Of a DNA stretch of 64,000 nt, positions 56,390-64,000 are shown in pieces. The notes beneath the pieces are model-generated. The model saw nothing but the letters and a program-made list of their open reading frames with translations. It ran no database searches and was not told the DNA's origin. The DNA is from Eledone cirrhosa (lineage: Eukaryota): the NCBI GenBank assembly GCA_964016885.1, contig OZ024742.1, positions 85,994,001 through 86,058,000 on the forward strand, given 5' to 3'. The first letter of the stretch is position 1, and every line of letters begins with the position of its first letter. A program made the translations under genes and the position numbers.

Positions 56390-56690
56390 ATATATATTTT
56401 TTATAAAAGTTTCCGCAGATCTGATCGATCTACCATCGTATTTAAAATTGAGTGGCACTGCTTCTAGTGTTCAGTAATTTTAGTCAACTTTATTGTTAGA
56501 CTGTAAATAAATCCCCTTTTTGTACTGTTGACCATGTTATTCTCCAATTGTCAACTATATATATATATAGTTGAAAAGTGGAGAATAACATGGTCAACAG
56601 TACAAAAAGGGGATTTATTGCCACTCAATTTTAAATACGATGTTAGCTCGATCAGATCTGCGGAAACTGTTATAAAAAATATATAAATAT
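56390..56690. repeat. Fold-back inverted repeat centred on a short (TA)n
   Basis: 56390-56555 is inverse to 56570-56686 apart from a ~48-bp segment (56458-56505) present only in the left arm. Confidence 0.85.
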
Positions 56691-56884
56691 ATATATATAT
56701 ACATATATATAAGAATAAACGTATGAATAAAGTGGTCCTTCATCAGTGATCTTCTAACCATCATCGGTATTTCTTCGCTTAGACCATATACCTCCGGTTG
56801 GTGTGAGCAACGGCTAAAGAAAGTCGTTGGGACATGTAAATAAAGGGAACAGCGAGAATGTAAACAAACATTATAGAATTAAAA

Positions 56885-57465
56885 TTAGAGGTTAATGGTA
56901 AATTTTACCGCTAGGCACACATCACAAGTTCTGGATAGGGAAGCATTTAAATAAGGAGAAGCGTTGCAAATTTTTCTCCAAGACATTTTGTAATTAATGT
57001 TTTTGTCTTTTAAGGACCAGATGAGTTCTGTGAGAGCAGTGTTTGTTCTTTTTAGTGGGTATTTAAAAGATGAAGAATAGTTATATAATCTCACCTTAAA
57101 GGAAGTAGAAGTATATCCAAAGTAGGTGTAAGAATTGGTGCTATATATCACCTTACATTTGTATACTAAATTCTTGTCGAAACAGTGATTATTAAGAGGA
57201 CATTTAGTTCTATTAAGGCAATTGCAAAAGCTCACAAGTGTCTTTTTTAAGCTTCATATCTTGTCTCCATATTTTATCTGATGAGAACGCAAATATCGTC
57301 CCTGGATGATATTTGTTTTTTAAATGCGCATAACAAAATACATGGAACCTTTGTAAACATCTTTTAATGTTTTCTTATATATACCCCAGTCCAAGAAACT
57401 GTTGAGTGCTACTTATCCGATATTTGCATTGCTTTATTGTGCTACAATAAAAACTTACCTCCTAC
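56885..57465 (-). mobile_element. Penelope fragment of the same family as 15390-18075 (GIY-YIG on minus, inverted terminal repeat on plus)
   Basis: ORF 56885-57235 CNCLNRTKCPLNNHC...YFGYTSTSFKVRLYNY. 57233-57370 matches 17937-18072 and holds the HHR (57270-57340) with GAAA changed to TAAA. Confidence 0.88.
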
Positions 57466-57738
57466 ACACATATATATATATATATGCACAAATATAAATA
57501 CAAGTATATTTACATATATAGGCGAATGTCTCGAATTTTCTTTCTGGACTGAGAAATTATCCTTGGGATTTGGGATTTCTCGCGATGCTCTTCTCAGAGT
57601 ATCATTATTTTCTCGAATAAACTGCAGTAGGGTCATTTTACTAATATTAAACTCTGAATGTGTTGACTTGTGTTAATCCACTCATAGAGCAAAACCCCAA
57701 AATCGGTTGGACGCCTTTGTATGTATCCATATTTGTGG

Positions 57739-57811
<73 letters not shown>

Positions 57812-57812
<1 letters not shown>

Positions 57813-58674
57813 GGGTCCGGGTATGATTTTACATTCATTTAAATTATTGATGTATTGTTTTATTGATATTTTTTATCTGTTTGTCCCGAATCTTCTATTA
57901 TCGATTTTTTATCGTATGGTTGATTTTAGACTTGTTCTATGTGTGACGGTATTTTTACGATAGTTATAGCTCTGATTCATCTGAATTATTGAGCCCTCTG
58001 CCGCTCATTTCGAATATTGTTTATCGTGAACTCGTGCGCCGATTTTTCGACACTCGATCTTTCTAATATTTTTAGCTCTGGACATAGCTATCCACCAGTT
58101 AATTTTATTGCTCATTTTTTGTCGATTCTATTGAGTGATGAATAGCTCCTGTTTTATTTTAACATGTCTATTGAGCACTCTTATTCGATATGTGTATTTC
58201 CACATTTCCTCGAATAGTTTTCGCGGATGTAGAGGTTATCTCCCTTGTCGAATTCCATGTGCGTATTTCGCTTGTAGTTAGCCTCTTATCCGCTAGGAAA
58301 AAGCTCGTTGATGAAGTAAACTCCATTCCGCTTGCTCTAGTAGTCTTATATATTTATATGTGAGCTGATAGAGTACAGTCTAAGGATTTACAGAAACACA
58401 AGAAGCTAGATTTAACACCTTTCTAGTGGGTCCAGGTATGATTTTACATTCATTTAAATTATTGATGTATTGTTTTATTGATATTTTTTATCTGTTTGTC
58501 CCGAATCTTCTATTATCGATTTTTTATCGTATGGTTGATTTTAGACTTGTTCTATGTGTGACGGTATTTTAACGATAGTTATAGCTCTGATTCATCTGAA
58601 TTATTGAGCCCTCTGCCGCTCATTTCGAATATTGTTTATCGTGAACTCGTGCGCCGATTTTTCGATACTCGATC

Positions 58675-58682
<8 letters not shown>
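57812..58682. repeat. ~255-bp near-identical direct repeat (616-bp spacing), probable partial tandem PLE terminal repeat
   Basis: 57812-58067 matches 58428-58683. (TA)n at both ends. No intact HHR recognised. Confidence 0.8.
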
Positions 58683-58712
<30 letters not shown>

Positions 58713-58715
<3 letters not shown>

Positions 58716-58865
58716 TGTGGCTGAGTGGTTAGAGAATTGGATCCGCAATCGTAAGGTTGTGGGTTCGATACCTGCAGTTGCGACCGATAGATAGTATTAG
58801 CAATTGGAAAGACCAACGGAAACATTGTTCCCTCGGTCCGATTTGACGAAAGTCGATCGTTCCTA
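58713..58865 (+). mobile_element. tRNA-derived SINE
   Basis: A-box TGGCTGAGTGG (58718-58728) and B-box GGTTCGATACC (58762-58772), no complete cloverleaf, followed by a tRNA-unrelated body. Confidence 0.75.
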
Positions 58866-59291
58866 TTATATATATATATATATATATACTTCTTCATATA
58901 ATTTGTAATACATTGCGATATGGTAGAGTCAACATTTGGCTGAATTAGCTACTTTTTCTAGTAGCACGTAGCCTCTAGTTAGTCAATTGTCACGTGATAT
59001 GTCTTCCATTTGAAATTTCCACTGACAGCGAACGTCGAGGAATTGTTGTCTCGGATTTTCTATCTGGACTTAGAAGGTAACCTGTTGATTTGAAATTTCT
59101 GGCGATGCTCTATTCAGATAATCGTTATTTTCTCAACGAAAACTGCAGTAGGAACATTAAAGAAAGTAAGTAAATATATTTTTCTCATGATGTTTGTTTT
59201 TCCAATATATGGTTTTATATATATTTATATATATATATGTAAGTATGTATATATACGTACATACATATATGTATACAGACGTACAGTAGCA

Positions 59292-59353
<62 letters not shown>

Positions 59354-59540
59354 TATACATACATATACACATATACACATATGCATACAGGTACACATAC
59401 ATATATGCACGCATCAGCTTAGCCGACGTTTATTATAACGCAGCTTTGTTCGCTTGTTTGTCAACAAACCGAACAGCCTGAATTTATGCCATACGGTGTT
59501 AAGGCAACCACGTCACCTTTTTGTTCAACACTGACACAGG

Positions 59541-59585
59541 AACGATGGACTAGTTTCAAGCTTGTTAGCTATCATCAGCACTGTT
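59541..59585 (-). ncRNA. Minimal type I hammerhead ribozyme (496-bp family, GUC triplet)
   Basis: aacagtg-CTGATGA-tagct(aaca)agctt-GAAA-ctag-TC-catcgtt. Confidence 0.78.
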
Positions 59586-59819
59586 TACCCATCTGCCAGA
59601 TAGTTGAACGTTCGAAAATATATACTTTCCTTATGAAAATTAACGGCTGAGCAGCCTAATTTGCATATTGAGTGAGTTAAATCGGTCAGGCATACCGAAA
59701 ACGACAAGTTGAAAAAAAATGAAAACGAAATTTCATTTCTCACTCTTAGTATGGCATTACTTAAATATAAGTATGTATGTATACGTACATACATATATGT
59801 ATACAGACGTACAGTAGCA

Positions 59820-59913
<94 letters not shown>

Positions 59914-60100
59914 TATACATACATATACACATATACACATATGCATACATGTATACATACATATATGCACGCATCAGCTTAGCCGACGTTTATTATAACG
60001 CAGCTTTGTTCGCTTGTTTGTCAACAAACCGAACAGCCTGAATTTATGCCATACGGTGTTAAGGCAACCACGTCACCTTTTTGTTCAACACTGACACAGG

Positions 60101-60145
60101 AACAATGTACTAGTTTCAAGCTTGTTAGCTATCATCAGCACCGTT
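60101..60145 (-). ncRNA. Minimal type I hammerhead ribozyme (496-bp family)
   Basis: aacggtg-CTGATGA...GAAA-ctag-TA-cattgtt. Stem I is kept through G-U pairs. Confidence 0.78.
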
Positions 60146-60599
60146 TACCCATCTGCCAGATAGTTGAACGTTCGAAAGTATATACTTTCCTTATGAAAAT
60201 TAACGGCTGAGCAGCCTAATTTGCATATTGAGTGAGTTAAATCGGTCAGGCATACCGAAAATGACAAGTTGAAAAAAAGAAAAAAAATGAAAACGAAATT
60301 TCATTTCTCACTCTTAGTATGGCACTTACTTAAATGTAAGTATGTATGTATACGTACATACATATATGTATACAGACGTACAGTAGCATGCATATATATA
60401 TATATACATATATATACATACATATACACATATACACATATGCATACAGGTACACATACATATATGCACGCATCAGCTTAGCCGACGTTTATTATAACGC
60501 AGCTTTGTTCGCTTGTTTGTCAACAAACCGAACAGCCTGAATTTATGCCATACGGTGTTAAGGCAACCACGTCACCTTTTTGTTCAACACTGACACAGT

Positions 60600-60644
60600 A
60601 ACGATGTACTAGTTTCAAGCTTGTTAGCTATCATCAGCAACGTT
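60600..60644 (-). ncRNA. Minimal type I hammerhead ribozyme (496-bp family)
   Basis: Identical motif to 11648-11692. Confidence 0.78.
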
Positions 60645-61035
60645 TACCCATCTGCCAGATAGTTGAACGTTCGAAAGTATATACTTTCCTTATGAAAGTT
60701 ATAATAAACGTCGGCTAAGCTGATGCGTGCATATATGTATGTGTACCTGTATGCATATGTGTATATGTGTATATGTATGTATATATATGTATATATATAT
60801 ATATGCATGCTACTGTACGTCTGTATACATATATGTATGTACGTATACATACATACTTACATTTAAGTAAGTGCCATACTAAGAGTGAGAAATGAAATTT
60901 CGTTTTCATTTTTTTTCAACTTGTCGTTTTCGGTATGCCTGACCGATTTAACTCACTCAATATGCAAATTAGGCTGCTCAGCCGTTAATTTTCATAAGGA
61001 AAGTATATACTTTCGAACGTTCAACTATCTGGCAG

Positions 61036-62460
61036 TTGATAGTTGAACGTTGAATTTAAGAATAGATGGTATAATCACCGCCATACCTTTAATAGAAAAA
61101 ATAGCACGGCGCTTTCTGAATTAGTCTGGAAGCTTAAACAACATAATATAGAGCACTCCTCATCTTGGTCCATAGTTTGCTCAGCCCAGCCATATTACGG
61201 CAGTGCGGGAGTTTGTAATGTATGTATTGCTGAAACATTTAATATAATTAGAGGCTGCCCCCTACTAATCAATAGGAGAGCGGACCTTTTCAACACTTGC
61301 CAGCATAGAACCTCGAAAATCTTCCTCATGATTTTTAGAAAGTAACCTACCACTAACTCCACCCTTTTTACCATAGCGATAGAGTTCTCTCAATTAGCAA
61401 AAATAGACAATCACACACTCAGGTTGTAGACAGCTAAGATCGTTTGCGCACTTACACACTGTACTCGGCATGTTTCCACAGAATTCTCACAACTGAGTGC
61501 ACATTTAACATTATTTTAGAATAATTTGTTAGTAAATAGTTATAACAACTACACACTCAGTTAAGACCGATTATGCGCATTCACCATTACATTAGCATAC
61601 CCTAACCATAGAGTTATCTCAGTTAGTAAATAGTTAGACGTATTACACACTCAGTTAAGAACGATTACGCTCTTTATACATAATTCTACACACAGTACCC
61701 GGTTTCTTTAGACATGGAGCCCCCTGTTGGCCTACATGGCGGGTGCTTGCACGCTCAGACTCGGGGTCTCAGATACTCAGCTGGACAACGGCACATACAG
61801 AGTTCGATACGAGCTGACTACTTGCTCTACACAGGGATGTGTATATACCAAAACATACACTATTTAGACGATACTGATGTTACAATTCAATCGTTACACG
61901 TATAGCAGAACGTTGAATGGAATTTACTTGCGTGTGTATAGGGTTGTGGTTGATCCAAATTTTCTCAATTACATCGGATAAACTGTGATTTGACCAATAT
62001 AACATTTGTTGTTTTATAACCTAAATTTCGATGCATACTGTGTTGCTGTATATATTTTTTTTCTCTCACATCACATCGGTCTGTGTGAGTGTGTGTGTAC
62101 TCATTCACACTAATTGTGACCGGCCGAAATTCTACAGATTTGATGGTGAGATTAGACCTGTCCAGCGTCTTGTACAGCTATTGAGAGACAGAGACTTGAT
62201 AGATTTATGACCCTGACTGAAGACGATAGCAGTTGGCGTGTTTTGGCTTCTGAATCTTCATATGGGGAACAACACTCTAGTGAGTGAACATCGTTAGATT
62301 TTACGCCCTCATCTCAAAGATTTGAAGTAATTTCATTATTCACCTGATGAGATCAGTGATAATCGATCATGACCACACGATCGATCTATCTCTTATTGAA
62401 ACATGTGTCGTAATTAAAATGATTGGAAATGTATACCATGCCTTCGGATCTTTATTTTGA
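61036..62460 (+). mobile_element. 5'-truncated Penelope-like element (GIY-YIG 3' half plus long 3' UTR)
   Basis: FKNRWYNHRHTF...STALSELVWKLK...WSIV..AQPY...CNVCIAE...LINRRADLFNTCQHR (61043-61345). 3' boundary approximate. Confidence 0.82.
62342..62411 (+). ncRNA. Hammerhead-like motif at the PLE 3' end
   Basis: ac-CTGATGA-gat...cgatc...gatcg...-GAAA-catgtg-TC-gt. Core intact, stem I very short. Confidence 0.45.
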
Positions 62461-62835
62461 TTTATATATACGCAAATAAATGTATAGATATAGATATGTG
62501 TGTGGGGGAGGGGGGGTATGTGTTCTGTTTGCTCGTGGATGAAACATATGTAATATAAATAAAATTAAATCTCATTGTAAAAGTTAGTTTGTTTATAGTT
62601 TTCAAATGTAATGCAATTTTCGGAAAAGAAAGCGCTTTCGATTGTTAAAATAATCATTATTTTCAGTCTTTAAATCTCTGTAAATAGAAATAATCTAATA
62701 AGAATTGAAATATAATATTTTGCTTTCAGTAAATTTGAAATAGTTGCATCCACTACGGAGCAATAGAAATTCATGACATCTTTTAACGCATATATTGCAT
62801 ACAAAGGCACAATCGCACAGAGAAACTCAATAGAA

Positions 62836-62887
<52 letters not shown>

Positions 62888-63332
62888 ATGCATTTATCAC
62901 AAATGTATATATCCACCACATGAACTGAAACCGAGAGATATATATTCGTATTAAATTGAATGAAATAGAATATTGTGAAAGATTGCTAAGAAAGAAGCAA
63001 TTACAGTTTATTGAGAAACGCTATATTATAATATTCGTGGCTAATTTGAATAATTCAGGGCCTAAGTTATGGGGCTAAACACTATTTGAATGAGCATGAG
63101 GCATATCTATATCAAGAGGCGAGTATTTTCAGACAAAGAAAAACAAAATAATGTAGCATATCGAAATGAAAAACTACACCAAACAAATGTTAATCGTAGC
63201 AAACAATCTATGGCAATAATACGAATATTATATATGGTAATGCGAATCGTGAAAAATGAAATTGGCTCTCCACCACCCTCCGAAATAGGAAAGATTTTGT
63301 ATATGAAACAAATTAAAAAAATCGTAAACGGG

Positions 63333-63402
63333 TCTTCTTCTTCTTCTTCTTCTTCTTCTTCTTCTTCTTCTTCTTCTGCTTCTTCTTCTTCTTCTTCTTC
63401 TT
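63333..63402. repeat. (TTC)n microsatellite
   Basis: Direct reading. Confidence 0.95.
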
Positions 63403-64000
63403 GACGTATCGGAGGGTTCTTGCTGTTCCCAGCAAGCATGCCTTTTGAAGCGTTCCAAAAAGCGTGAAGGGGCTAATTTTCTTTAACCATCCCTGGAAAC
63501 CTTTTGAGATAGTCCCTAGTGCGCCTATGACAACCGGGATCACTTTGTCTTCATGGCAGTTCCAAATCCTTTTTACCTCCCACTTTAAGTCCTGGTATCG
63601 GTTAATTTTCTCCCTCTCCTTTTCTTGCACTCTCGTGTTGAATGGGCAGGCCATATCCACAATCAGACACGATCTTTTTTCTTTGTCCACAACCACCAGG
63701 TCAGGTCTATTGTGTTCAAGTTTCTTGTCCGTTTGTATCCTAAAATCCCTCAGCACCTTCACCTGATCGTTTTCTATCACCGCCTCTGGCTTATGCTCAT
63801 ACCACTTCTCAGAATGTGGTAAATTGTTTACTTTGCATAGGTGCCAGTGGATCACCCTGCCCATCACATCATGTCTCCAGCCCTTATAGTGAGTCTGGGC
63901 TAGGTGTTTACACTCGGATACAATGTGAGCCACAGTCTCCTCTCTCTCTCCAAAGATCCTGCACAGTGGGCTAGCCTCCTCCTTGTAAATATGTTGTTTC
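63403..64000 (-). mobile_element. R4/Dong-like LINE family 2, endonuclease region (continues beyond the window)
   Basis: Close copy of 26053-26650: HIVSEC, RHD, RPDLVV, DMACPF, KINRYQDL, LQKACLLGTARTLR. Confidence 0.92.

Larger units (their letters stand above)
59235..61035 (-). mobile_element. Second array of the ~496-bp hammerhead repeat: about three direct units plus an inverted partial unit (60698-61035)
   Basis: Same unit as 11297-12520. HHRs on minus at 59541-59585, 60101-60145 and 60600-60644. Confidence 0.87.

Noticed and set aside
58713-58785. tRNA gene
   Set aside because: A and B boxes are present but acceptor and anticodon stems do not form, so it is treated as a SINE head.

Overview
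AT-rich, repeat-saturated eukaryotic (metazoan) DNA. It is most likely cephalopod/Octopus-like, inferred from the extreme (TA)n content, the element repertoire and a LINE 3' tail resembling a common octopus repeat. I found no supportable host protein-coding gene, and most long ORFs in the track are microsatellite artefacts. The window is a graveyard of retroelements: many Penelope-like element (PLE) fragments with GIY-YIG endonuclease and inverted terminal repeats, two families of R4/Dong-like REL-endonuclease LINEs plus an internally deleted derivative, two Tx1/L1-like LINEs, CR1/L2, RTE and CRE fragments, non-autonomous Helitron-like copies and a tRNA-derived SINE. The strongest signal not visible in the ORF track is RNA structure. 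About 20 type I hammerhead ribozyme (HHR) motifs from about ten unrelated sequence families were read by eye. They include two non-coding tandem-repeat families (472-bp and ~496-bp units, one HHR per unit) that look like retrozyme-type or non-autonomous PLE elements, and several non-canonical catalytic cores. Several of these insertions share a head-to-head geometry whose outer ends merge into (TA)n. All folds and family assignments are by inspection and were not computed.
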